DNA of 63,264 bases, the filler included, from Choristocarpus tenellus KU-1152 (Eukaryota; Protista; Phaeophyceae): NCBI GenBank assembly GCA_964200185.2. It is 6 parts of 6 records of this genome, joined end to end, with 100 filler letters (N's around TTAATTAATTAA, not from the genome) between each part and the next. Parts side by side here need not be neighbours in the genome. Positions count along the whole stretch, not along the records: positions 1 to 30,601 come from CAXNAD020000088.1; 5 more parts are not named here. One strand, written 5' to 3'. How positions within the stretch are numbered: the first letter of the stretch is position 1; the number at the start of each line of letters is the position of its first letter. Below the pieces are notes generated by a model. The model was not told the origin of the DNA, did not search any database, and saw nothing but the letters and a program-made list of their open reading frames with translations. The position numbers were made by a program, and so were the translations under genes. This document shows positions 12,601 to 24,985 of this stretch, one piece after another.

Positions 12601-15600
12601 GATAATCAAAAGAAAAAGATAGCACCACTTAGTACTGTGTTTCATTGCTGGTTGCAGCCTCTACCTGCAAGCGCACTTGTGTCTTCTCACAATATGCTTT
12701 GGACTGGAGTAGCAGGTGCGTTATCATGCCTGCTGTAGAGCAACCAGTAACCTGAGTGATTTGGGGGATATGGTAGCCATCTTCAGAATACTGCCCCTCC
12801 CCCGTCACCTTCATCCCCTTCCCACTGCCCACTGCCCACTGCCCACCGCCCAAAATATTACAGCGACGTCTGGAAGAGGATACCAGGCTTGCACTCCATG
12901 TAGCATTTGTGCTGACCGCTAACACCTCTGAGGAGGAAGAGGAATATGGAGGATACGGTGTGAGCGACTCCATTGTCAGTATGGACATCAAGTCTCGAGT
13001 TGCAACCTTGTTGGCAACAGCAAGAGATAGCCATGGAGAGGGGTGGGTCATTTACTTAGTGTAAACTTAGTGTACTCTTGCTTGTACTGACTGTAGTACC
13101 ACTATGGCAAGCCTTACTTAAGAAGGGTAGGATATGCATGCAGTGTCCACAAGAGATTCGAGCCTGGTCATTTTAATAGTAGTGCCATGTAGCGATATGG
13201 ATACAGTTTATGTATCTGTGCTTGTCACTTTTATGGATACATAAAGTAAGGAGTAATTTTGTATGAAAGATGAGAAAGGGAATGTAACGTCCCATGTCTG
13301 ATGGTGCAGAATGTCATGCTGACGAGGTGGGGGGGAGGGAGTGCGTTCTGTTTCCCATCATCATGAACTATCGAATACAAGACGATTGATGCACATTTTT
13401 TGGGGTGCTTTGTGAACAAGGTTTGGATTGGTTGTTGGTAGTTGATTGTTGATTGTTAGGAGATTTGGTACATCCTTTCGGCTTGCTCCCCTGGGAGGCA
13501 GATCCCTTAGTCTATTTATTCTTATCCAAATTGTACCTGTTGTGGAGATAAAAAGGTAAAACATGTTGCAAACAAATGATCCCTGATAAGACCAAATGAC
13601 TCTCTCATTTTTAAATCACTTCCAAGATATCTATTGACTGCTTTTGCCTTTACAGTTTGAATTAATTATTCATCATACTCACTTTAAGTATTAAAATGAC
13701 ACGTACATTGTGGTGGTTCAGTACCCTGTACCATAGCTTGAACTGGGCATTCAGCATTGTCAAACAATTGGACCGCTACCAGGAACTCTCATGATAAGCT
13801 GTACTGTGACATCTCTTTATTCATTACACGTTTCCCCTTCCCCCTCCCCTCTCCCCCCTCCCCTGCCCACCATTTTCATTTTTGCTACCTGGTATAGCAT
13901 CAAGTATCGATTCCGCCTACGCGCCTTGCTTGCAGTTTCTGCACTGGCAAACCGCTCTCTGGTGGCAGAGGTTATTTCTACCCAAGGGGGCAAAAACTCA
14001 AGCAACAAGGACAGGGTACTGGCTGATCTAATGGAGTATGGAAGGTGTGACAATTATTTATTATGAAGCAGTGAGGAGCTTTCTAATATCTGACAAAAAA
14101 AAAAAAACTATTTTGTCACATGATGGAGCGCATTTGGGAAGGGATTTTTGGCTTTTGGCTTTATAGACGCACAACTGTAGAGACTCCCCAAAATATATAT
14201 TGTTTTCTAATATTGTTTTCTATGGGTAGGTGTGGTTATTGTCACACCTGTAGATGCATGATGGTGAGATGCACTACCTCTAAAAAAATACACAGGTAGA
14301 AATATTCCATTGAAAAAATACATTTTCTTGAGAGGGGGGGTTGGATATCTTCAATTATCTGCAGAGATGAATGGGAAGGGTGAAGGTATGGCAATAGGTT
14401 GAGAGATGCAATAGCATCACATGTAGTGTTAGGTAGTACTGTCATTGTAGTGTCTTTCAATGGGATGTACTTCGTCAATGGGTTAGTTATTAATACTTCC
14501 ATTTGTAGTGCTACTAAGTGTATCCTCAGAGAGTGAGGTCTTCAGATACATGTGGAGGTGCTCCACTCTGCATTGTTTCAGATGTTGTGTCTTCCTTGAC
14601 TGCTCTTGTTGGCCTTCCTTATGTACAGACATGTTGGCTACATGGCCGAGATGGAGGAGGCAAGACTACCTCATAAGATTGAGGAGGTCATCAAGTGTCG
14701 AAAGGAGGACCTAGTCCGTGCACTTTGGAGGGATCACAGGTATTGACGGATTTTGACAGGGCATGATTATGGGCACAGTGCGAGGACCTCTGTTGTATGT
14801 CAAGATTTTGTGGGGGGGGTTTCTGGTTCCTGTTGTATGTCAACATTTAAACAAACTCTTTTTGATCAAGGTGCTGAATTTCCTCAAAATAATATAGTGT
14901 AGTATAATAATGATGTACATCTCCTTTATGATTGTTTCCAAAGAGCACACTATCACAGTATACTTTCTCACCAACATCCCCCTTTCCCTGTTTACCCATC
15001 CAAATTTGATCCTCCCCTGACCTCTCTCTAGCCAACCCCCACAAATGTTCATCATGCCTACGCTTCATCTAACCAGGTCATGCTCCTTCATAGTCAACAA
15101 TCCTATGCATGTTCAATGCTCGTTATGATACATCAATCCAGATACCTAGCAAATCTTTCATTGGCCCCTGCACACACCCTTTCACCCCCTGCTGCTCCCC
15201 TCAATCACCCCTACCCCTGCCTTACCTTTACCTGACCTCCAACACCAACCACTGACTTGTTGATTCCATTCCTCATATTTTGTTCCATTTGTTGACAAGG
15301 GGTGAGGAGGAGCTTCTGCCTGTACTGTGTGAAATGCTGCTTGACTCTGGCTGCGAGGACACATCCCTATGGGCATCCATCCTCAAACACGCCTGCAGAA
15401 GGCCAGGACTTCATCGTGCCCTCATCATGAGGGTCCTCCCCTGTGTGGCCCGTTCACCTGTAGCAGATGCATTTGCACGGGCAGGTACCAAAATAGCTCC
15501 ATTGTGGGAGGAGGTGAGACATTAGTAGCATCAATAGTTTGTGACATGGAGGGTAGAAAATGGGGGGGAGTGTAGAATTGTAGGGTAGACTAATAATAGC

Positions 15601-18600
15601 AGTGCTGGTAATGTTGGGGACTACATAACAAGGTATGTACTAACTGGTACCAGGGATTGAACGGTGCATGATAATCTGTACTAAATGGTACTTGAGTGGG
15701 TTTATCAGTGTGAGGGGAAGGAGAAGGGGGGAGGGGGGTGGGAGGAAATAGTATTAGCNNNNNNNNNNTGTGATAACGTGAGTTTGGTCGTAAGTAAGGA
15801 GTAAGCGACGGAGGAAGGAAAGGGATTGTGGGAGGAAATAGTATTAGCTTTTTTGAAGCAATCACTTGAGCTGTTAGGCAGAGTGGAATGGTTCATTGGT
15901 GTTTCAACGTAGGTCCTTGTATGGATTGGGGATGGCTGGGCTAGCATCAATAAGTGATACGGACAAGAAGGACTGGCAATACGGGGCAAAGATAGGTCCT
16001 CTGCATTGAGCTCACCCTGCTGAAACTATCAATGCTCTGACTGATTGAGTTTGAATTGTTGAGAAAATGAGCTTGATCCTACTTCATAAAGGAAATTGAT
16101 GCCTCTGTCAGTAAGTTGTGTGCTTCCTTAGTTCTTTGGTGGATTGTTGCTCCTTCTGTAGGAAGCATGTATTCTCTCAGCAATGATTATCTATGATTAT
16201 TTTCTGTGATTATTTGCCAACCCTCTACCTAACCTCCACTATCTATGATTATCATGCACTGAACCTACCCCGCACACCTATGCAAAGAAACCTACTCTTG
16301 TAGACTCCATCCATGCCACTCTCCTCATGCATCCACTCCACTCATCTATGTCTCCTGCTTGCTGTATGTCAACCCCTGTGGCAATAAGGCCTTACGTGGT
16401 CCCCTTGAGGAGCTACAACGCAGGGATGAACATCGGAAGAGAACTGAGAATCTGACTGCTGCCCCCACTCTCAGTAACATTGGGAAAGGTGCCCATGCTT
16501 TGGGGGCAATAAGAGCCAGCGTGGGAGGGGGCATGTCCGCCCCTATGTCCTTCAGCATGTCACTTTTTGGAAGTGAGGAGGAGGTTGATATGCCTAACCC
16601 TATAGCAACTCACGGATTAAGCCCACATGGTGGGCGTGAGACTACCCAGCTGTCATCCCGAGATAGAGATCTCCCCTGGGATGATATATTGGCTGTTGTA
16701 GACCAGGTGGGTGGTGCTTGGGTTGCTTTTGTGTGAAGTTGATGATGGAAGCACAACATTCCAATTTGTGATGCTACATCAGTCCTGCAAATGTATAGCT
16801 TGTCCTGCCCTTTATAGGTGTCACCTATGTAAATTTTACCTTCTACCTACCTACGTAGGTTGACAGAAATTAAGGACTTGCTCCTATGGTATTATGTGTA
16901 GATATGACTATGCTCTGTGCAGGGTGTCTACATGTATGTTAAATCATATCAGGGTCTTCCATTACCTTGGCAAGGCATTGCTCCTACCTACAACTCAGAA
17001 GGATGCTTTTTCTTTGTTAATAAGTCAAATTTCTTATCTAATGCCCCATGTATGCATTGGTAACATCTATATAGTCCTGTAATTCAACTGGGCAGGGGAG
17101 ACAATTTTATTTTCTTGCCCTGTTACCTTCCAGGTAGAGAGGGTTAGCTTCTCTGTCAAAGCTATTGTGATGTTCCATTGCGTTGGCTCTGAATTTGTGT
17201 TGAAACTCTGTCAAGAACATATATTTGGGGCAGAGCAAAGTTTTTTTATCATATAAGAATATCTTTTGGGGGATGGATAGAGGACCCTTTGTCATTATTT
17301 TTGCACACTTTGTAGGTGTGCAGTTAGGGTTAGGGTTACAAACGAAATCGCTGCCTGTGGCTGGGTAGCGTTATAGTTGAATATTGTACCTGGATCGCTT
17401 GTCAACAAGCTGTACCATCTCCTATCTTTTAATAGGTACAGCACAGAGATAAGAGAAAAGGAATTAGTTACAGTAGCATGACAATAGTTATTGGTATCCA
17501 CTGCTTCTTGTTTAATGTTCACTTCTATTGCTGAACAGGGCAAAGTGCCTTCAAGGTTGTGCAAGGGCCATTTTTTATAGATAGAATAGAGACCCGTTTG
17601 CATCCTCTGCATGCCCTTTTGAACTTACCCATAGAGGGAACACTGAACAGAATCACTGTGGGTAGCTGGATGGCTGACTTTCTTGTTGGGGTCATCACTG
17701 CGCCCTATATTGGGTTAGGGTTAGGATTAGGTTATTGTATGAGGGCGGACTGCACGATTTTTCACTTTTCCAGAATGCCACACACAGGGTAGACAAACAC
17801 ATTTTAGAGGTATTGAGCTCGTTTTGCACTCAGTACCCTTGGCAACCAATGTTCGCTGGTAGTCAGTCACTGTTTGCGTCTCTGTCCATACTTAGTGTTC
17901 CCACTCTGGTGAGGCCCCTCTGAAGGTGCCAGAAAGTGGGACTTGTAGGTGGCCTACACTCCATTTGTGTTGTTGTGTTCAGAGCTGTATGTGAGGTGTA
18001 CATGTGACAAAGATCCCCTTTATTTCTTTCGTGGGTGTCCCTTCAATACACCTCACGTTGTAATACTTTACCTACACGTTGTCTCCAGCATTCCACCCAT
18101 CTAGCGAATTGCATGCTCTCAGAAAAATATGTTGTGTCAAGTTTGTGGAGCAGCAATTCTGTGAAGTATTCCCATGTCTCATTTGTGACAACCATGATGG
18201 GGTACTGCAGTGCATAATGCCGTGCATGGATATCAAAGAGAAGTTAATAAAGAGAACATGTGTCGGGTGGAAAAGAGGGGAAGTTCCACTGCTTAATAGT
18301 CACTTTACTCCACAAGTTCGGGAGGAAAGAAACAACAGGGGTGTGTGCCTGGATAAGTTGCAAGGGCTGAACTGGGGGGGAAAGAGGACAAGGACCACTA
18401 AGCAGCCACAATGCTTGATCAGCACCAAGAGGACAGGCTAGGGGGGGGAGCTGTGCCGGGGTAGCAGGAGGGTTTTGCCTACCTGTTTAAGATGTCAGGG
18501 TTTTTCACTTGACTGGATCACAGGCTTGACCCAGTGAAATGTGTTTACACATTTACACAAGACCAGGACATTCAGGACTTTCAGCTGGACCTAGCTGCCA

Positions 18601-21600
18601 TCTGGCCCTTGTGAAACATGGTTTTAACATGGACGGAGATTGTAACGGATGGTCGCAGCCCCATTGCAACATACACCATACAGAACTGCCATATTTAGCC
18701 CTCTGTTGATCATATCATGAAGAGAATATATGCTGCTTGAGGCATTTTTCAAAACACATTTATTCCCACAGGAATCTGGACAATTTTGGTGGTCGAAACT
18801 GTCTTGAATAGGCTGATTCAGCAAACACACCATTTCCTCAGAACTATCTGGGATGTAACCATACCAGGCTACAGGTCTGCCCATGACCCGGTCCAGTGAA
18901 AAGCACTGGAAGATGAATGATCAAGCAATAGTAGACATATATGTGTGGGTTCTGCACATAACTGTGGCCTTCAAAGTGGCCAACAGGGACTTCCTAACTG
19001 CTGATGAAGACACCACAGGCCAGGGTCATGCCAGACGGCATAAAATCAATTCACTTTGTGGACCATTCCCCCAATGTAAAACAAAAATTGGTTGAAGTAC
19101 ATGAAGAAGGGAAGGGGGTGGATCTGATGATGACGATTGTTACAAATATCCAACGCTAACTGTAACTTGCACAGCACCTTTGTTTGGTTGATATCAACAT
19201 ATTTAAGCATGTTTGGCGATACTGTTCCATAGCTAATGAGGAACAGGTTACCTTTTCTGGTTTCTGATTTGCTATGGGATTACAATAAATGTATATTCCC
19301 ATGCTCATATATTATTGGACACATTCCTGGTGTGCTGCATGGCAAAGGAAATAATGCAATGCGAATGGAGTCTATGTTGTCAACATTATAATGTACATAC
19401 AATCTTACAGGAAACCTGCTGAATTTCTTGCTTATGGCATCACCTTGAACCTTGACAGTGCCCATGGTTTGACACATTTATGTTTGCACTACTCCTAAAT
19501 GTTTCTTGTGAAATTTGTTCTCATTGCCACATTTCAAATTGTCATTAACCCATCGAAAGTCAAAGAGCTTGTATTCCTGTTACTATCACAAGGGAAGATT
19601 TGCCAGTGGAAGACACAAGTTTTTTGGGGGGGACTGCTGTGACTGCTACTACTATCAAATCAATCTTAAGACAGACCCAAGTCCAGTTGAACTTCGCTCT
19701 TCTCAAAGTCACATGTGTGAAATGAGGGGTGCTGAGGAACACTACAACTTTCCCAACAGAAATAATCTGTAGAAACTATCACCACTCCGTTCCAACCCAT
19801 GAAGCACTGCTGCTCTGCCCTACTCTACACTGGTCTGCAACAGGTGATACTCCTACTTGCAGCCTGCCCCTGCCCTGAGGACTTGGACATATCCTGGTTC
19901 TACACCACCCTCATGGGCATGGACCAGAACTTCCATGTTCAGGCTCTACGAGCAGCCCTGTGTGTAACATGCCCTGAGGAAAGGGTCTCGGCCGTGGTGG
20001 GAGTAATCAAAGGGGGTGTTCCTCCACTCATTGCAGTGGAGGAGTTGAGTCCAGGAGTCGGGGGGAAGATGGGCCCTGACTGGGGTATTGGCAACCAGGT
20101 AGGGGCGTCTCCGGGTGGCTACTAGAGTTAGTAGTATTAATGGTATCAAGATGAAAATGAGTTGACTTAGTTTATCTTCTGCTTAAACTCTTTTCTCGTT
20201 AAGTCTGATGTTTACAATAGGCTTCTTTTACCTTACTTCAGTCACTACAAAGTATCAAGTATTAACTTATCCTTTGTTCCCTGCATATTTCATGTGTTAT
20301 CTGGGTGCAAAAGGCTATCCTGGAAGCTATTTACCTTGAGATTGACCGCCAGGGGTATTACGATGAGTTTTATGGAACGAGGTGAGCCCAGGAGGAAGAG
20401 AAGACTATAATACTTGGCAGTTGTGACTTAACTCCGGGTTTTTTTACTTGAACTAGGTTCTGCTTCGCCCTGGAAATGGTCCCATGGCCATGGTATCAAG
20501 TTATTTGAAGTGTCATTGGAGCATCACTCACGTGCCCTACACTTGTATGGGGGATTGTTAACATGAAAATGAGAAGGTGTGGACCTATTGATTTGGTTCT
20601 GTGAGACATGCACATATGTCATAGTCTTACATGGCTCACGTATCACATCAACAAAAGCTACCCCAGTACAGTAGGAGTTGACCCTAACAAAACAGTGTGA
20701 TTGATAGGTTACCTCCTCCCGCCAATTCAGTTGGTGCATGATATCAACAAGTTGTTTCATGTTAGAAGCAATGATAAAGTGCATTGTGGCAAATATAGTA
20801 TAAGCCTGGTTATAGCTCATCAAACCTCTTCCAGGGTAAGTAGCATATTCCCCAGTGTCTTGCTGAATTTCCGTTGGTGGTACTCAGTGTATGCAGTGCA
20901 AGGCACATACTTTTCTTTGTCTTTGTTCTGCTTGAATTCCCTGTCACTGCCTAAGAACCTCAATTGAGGGCATCATGTGAGAAATTACATGTCACCCACA
21001 GCTCACTCAGGTCGTGATCTGAGTATTACATCAAAACCAGATGCGGTATACACACTCTCATGACATTTACAATTCCATCCTCTAGTGCTCCAATCTCTCC
21101 TTGCGAGAAGTACCATCCTTAGTATTTTTCTGGCTTGTTACAGGGTAGGTGCCCTCCACTTGATGAAACCGTTCGTATTTGGTGGACTGGTGCTTCTACA
21201 CGGTACTTCAAACACATTGATCGTAACAACTTCAACTATTTGGTACCTGACTAAAGGCTCTCTTGGGTGCTTCCCTACTACACCTACTATGGATACTGAG
21301 AACATCCTTTTGGGGTCATGCCCGTAATACAAGGTCAAGAGCAAATGACATGTGAAGCCTTGATCTTTGTTCGTACCACACACAGTACGGGGTAGGTCCG
21401 TAGCCCATAAATTTTCCACACCGAATTACTTACTCCTTTTTCCTCCACAACCTTCTCCTTACAATTTCCTTGGCCTACACTATCCTTTCCAGGCACTTTC
21501 ACAGAATGGCATCAAGCCTGGTGCGAGAGGGAAAGGCCTTTGGCCTGGTTCGCTCCTGTATGACCTCAGGCCGGGAACATGAAGCTGAAAAGCTCTGTGC

Positions 21601-21706
21601 GATGCATTATGCTGCTCACCCTTCAACCATCCCAACGCAAGATGTGGTGAAGGAACTGACAGAACTGGAAAGATTTTCATTGGAGTTCGGTTTGACAAAA
21701 GCCTAA
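610..21706 (+). CDS. KNTC1: Kinetochore-associated protein 1 / Rough deal (Rod) homologue, 3' part (Rod_C region); 5' end lies upstream of the window
   Basis: 18 phase-compatible exons: 610-731, 938-1081, 1897-2110, 3723-3869, 4289-4429, 8051-8207, 8866-9073, 9965-10019 (end uncertain), 10833-11077, 11967-12462, 12864-13042, 13898-14044, 14629-14739, 15300-15513, 16389-16706, 19844-20098, 20314-20381, 21493-21706 (TAA). Total 3435 nt, in frame. Motifs follow the KNTC1 C-terminus in order: VDGQLAMGYMLSLP, NAHWWHVFTSLKIPF, DLPLTMEYC, RDYERL, RRLPF..PWSVLEPQL, YRFRLRAL, KEDLVRALWRDH, DTSLWASILK, ACPCPEDLDI. Confidence 0.88.
2900..3190 (-). mobile_element. Degenerate RTE-clade LINE 3' fragment
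   Basis: AFILGELQDRAKRRGGQEKHW resembles the RTE ORF C-terminal (M/L)xGELxxxKRxxGGQxKxW motif. Confidence 0.55.
3954..4180. repeat. Minisatellite with 39/37-bp alternating units
   Basis: TA(C/T)ACTGT(A/G)TCTTTGTAGCTTCAATG... units start at 3954, 3993, 4030, 4069, 4106 and 4143. Confidence 0.95.
4681..4778. repeat. 20-bp tandem repeat, about 5 copies
   Basis: TATCCATTAGATATTGTGTA repeated. Confidence 0.95.
4991..5264 (-). mobile_element. MITE family B copy in a Rod intron
   Basis: AGTCAAAGTAAGAGAGAGGTATC...TTGCAAAAGATTGAAAAACTGAC...CCTTAACTC; reverse homology to 47142-47290 and 47679-47930. Confidence 0.7.
6443..6659. repeat. 42-bp tandem repeat, about 5 copies
   Basis: GACAGAATGAAATCAACCAAATAGAACAAGGATGGTGTAACT at 6443, 6484, 6526, 6568 and 6610. 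Confidence 0.95.
16870..17295 (-). mobile_element. Highly degenerate non-LTR reverse transcriptase fragment
   Basis: Frameshifted motifs in RT order: LTEFQHKFRAN (QxGFR), YIDVTNAY (DxxKAYD), QG...FNIHVDTL (QG..PxLFNxYxD). Confidence 0.45.
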
Positions 21707-23629
21707 ACCCTTAGCTAGTCAGAGTGATGTTCAATATGTAGTATGTGGCAGATCAATAAGCAAATCCTATGTGTGTGTATGTGTGTGTGTGTGTGTGTTT
21801 GTGCTGACAAAACATGGGGAAACGTTTCTCATGAGTATGGTCTTCTTAGGGGGGCACATTTTCGGAATCGCAAATATCAGCAATACCATGTAACCGATTA
21901 TGGCATTAAAAATAGCCAAGATGCCTCTTTCCTAGATATGCTTCTCAGGCTTTGCAAACTCTCTGTGAATGTTGTTGCATGATGAATGATAAACATACTC
22001 ACAATTAGCGACAACCCAGAGAACCGTATTTCAAGATGATCTACACCTCTTGAGTAGTGTCTGGCGTGATTTTTGTATAGTTGGGGGAGGTCATGGCAAA
22101 ATTATTTTTAACTCTGGAGTAGTAACTCCAGAGTTACACATTTATACCACACATAGTATGACATGTAATACCTGGACTATGAGGTATGTGTTTTGGAGCA
22201 GGCAAGGTCATTGGTGAGTATGTTGCTACACTGAAATCAAGTTGGTGGTTGGACAAGATTTTGCTAATGCACATCCTGTGGTGTTAAGGTGTATTGGTTC
22301 AAAGCACAGCATAGAGCATTTGTAGCCTTGTGGTAGGGTATCTTGTCTTGTCTTGCACCAATGCATATCTCGTACTTGAAGCACTGTATAGTATATCTTG
22401 TATTGTTGGAGTAGTAGTAGAGTGGAGTGCCAATACTCTAGAGATCCAAATTCAATAGGTGCCCTTGCATGTAAATTAAATAGCAATACTAATCAAGATT
22501 CCTGAATGTACATGCCGCTTATTTTTGAGTTTTGCGCGGCACCATCCCATTGTGTCACAATGCCTCAATCCCTCCTCAACAAGTGCCCAAACTCTGAATT
22601 TTCTGTACATCATTCACCCCATTAAATGTGAAACTGAGAATAGCCTTGACTTCTGCTACAAGGCATGGAATGCTGAGGTTTTGCCTAGCTATCGTTTGAT
22701 GTCACTTGGCAGTGTATCTCCACAATCTTGCACAAGTGTTTTGCATCTCTGCTGGCTATACATTGCTCAACGTTTAGATATCTGAGACAAAAAAAGGTAC
22801 ATGTCATCAAGGTAACAACTGCCCAAAAGAAATGGAGTGGATAGCAAATTACAGGCTCCCCAATGGGAGCCTTCTGACCAATGAGAAGGCAGGGATTTTT
22901 TACGTTTGTGCTATTGCTACCCCAGAGGGGGGCGAGTTGCTTGAGTGATTGGTTAAGCTATAATCCTTGCGATGTTCAGTACACATCATTAGCAACCATG
23001 GTGAATTCATTGCCACAGGCCTCCTATGCTACAAATCTCTCTTGTTTTGTCTCAAAATGGTGGCAAAGAACTTAAGATTGTTGAATGATGACTGGGAGCT
23101 TGCGTGGAGTGGGAGAACATACTCCACGTGGATCAGTGTGGCTCTGGGTCTCAATACTCCATTGGATATGATATACAACCCAATGTGTCCTCCTGGAGGT
23201 CGGGTGGTTTATATGTAGCTCTGTTCTAGTGTTTTAATTACCTACTTATGGGACATCATTCGACTGAAAGTGATCTTGTATGGAATGCACTTGTCAAGAT
23301 TGGAGTGTTTGATATTATTCAGTCATCCGCCACTTCTATGTTGGAATGCAGGCATGTGTTGGCGTGGATGATGGAAGTATATGGACTGGTTGGGCAAGAC
23401 CTTTGTCGAGGGTGTGGTGTTTTGGCTCCATCCTCTTCAACATCCTCTCCGCTGCATTCTAAGCGCCTAGATCAGTTGACAGGTTAAAATAGCCTGGGAT
23501 TATCTCAACAAATAAGAACAAATTCTTAGTTACAGAGCCCCAGGTTGACCTAAGATTTTCATGCTCAAAATCGAATTACTCGTTGTCCTGTTGTATGGTT
23601 GTGTAACATTGACGCTTCACTAGGTCAAC

Positions 23630-24070
23630 TATGTCAAACTTTGCTCTCATCATTATAATTTATCCTATGCTGAATCGGAATGCAAACAGGAACACATTGA
23701 TAACACATCGTCCTATATTGATATCCTTTCTTGGATTGAGTATAATAGTATTGAGGTGATCGTGCGAAAACAGAGACTCCTGTTCGTAGGTTCAGTTACA
23801 CAAATGGGAAAATGAGAGACTCCCAAAGGCATTTGATGTTTGGGGAACCTGTAAATGTAAAACAGAAGCAAGGCGGAGAAGAGAACTTGTTGGCGTATCT
23901 GGAGGATGAGCTTGAGAAGTTTGGGATCACAGTGGAGGAATTGAGTACTAGGGCAACAAACCAACTCAGGTGCATCAGTGGGTGGCTCATGGAACAGCAA
24001 GCTTCATGGACGAGTGACACACCAAAGAAGCTGTATGTAGTGGCTGATCGTGATGTAGCAGTAGGTAAGT
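23630..24070 (+). mobile_element. Degenerate RTE-clade LINE 3' fragment
   Basis: Frameshifted IEVIVRKQRLLFVGSVTQM / ERLPKA / LMFGEP...KQKQGGEENLLAYLEDELEKFGI. Confidence 0.7.
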
Positions 24071-24379
24071 GAACCCAAGCAGATCAGGTCAGGGCACGTA
24101 ATGGATACTCATTGGATGACAGAAAGTGTTAGGGCTGGTTTGAGGTCAGGCAAGTCCTTTGAAGGGAAGAGGATGATTTTCGAATTCTGGCTTGATGGAG
24201 TTTTATTTTTTCATTATAGATAGCTCCGTGTCCTTCATGGCAACTCTATCCCCACCCCACATGTATTGTCTCTAATGAGCAATATTCTTCACTTAATATT
24301 GTGAACAATATTTTCTGTACTCTGTGTGTTGCTTCTACAAACACTCCCTACACACTGCAACAAGACAAATAAATGGACA

Positions 24380-24670
24380 ATGTTACTAAGTATGCTGTAT
24401 GCCCATGAAGTGGCTCCATCCTCCACACACCAATACCATTGGGGTATAGATCTTCTGCAAGTTAACCTCACTTATTTTCTGGGACATGAAAACATGCGAG
24501 GTCATCTTGAAGGTGCCTCCACGGGTTTTCTCCAGTCCACCCATCTCCTTCGGTTTCTTACCTGCAATTTCCCCAAGTGCCAAAGTTTTTCACAATCACG
24601 CATCATCTTCCATGCCTGGCACGAAACACACAAAACAGGAGTTTTTGTTTTCTTGTAGTAGTCGCCTGGA
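24380..24670 (-). mobile_element. Second degenerate RTE-clade LINE 3' fragment, opposite orientation
   Basis: LALGEIAGKKPKEMGGLEK...WYWCVEDGA, the same C-terminal region as 23630-24070. Confidence 0.55.
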
Positions 24671-24985
24671 AGTTCTCGCACCCAACATTCAAGAGCGTCC
24701 TAGGGTTGATCCGTATGTTTCCGTGTGCTGAACCTGGAGGTACCACTGGAGGAACATCCAATGGTGGATACGAAAACAATTTAATGGTTTGTACGGAATG
24801 AGATTACGCACACCTCCCCACAACCTTTTTACTTCAATGACCACAAATGTGTGTTTGTAGTGAAAACCTTGTAAAAGTCGCTCCAACCGTCCATCCATCG
24901 TCCATATTCGATCCACAATTTGAAAATTGAAAATTTCAAGGTAAGGTTTTGATTGAGACACTGCCTTAACAGCTGGAAGCCAACC

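Noticed and set aside
15737-15848. Direct repeat GTGGGAGGAAATAGTATTAGC around a 10-N gap
   Set aside because: Probably an assembly overlap artefact at the gap.
22784-23053. Another GAG...CTC element (GAGACAAAA...TTTTGTCTC)
   Set aside because: Only a 9-bp inverted match, no TSD and no second copy in the window.
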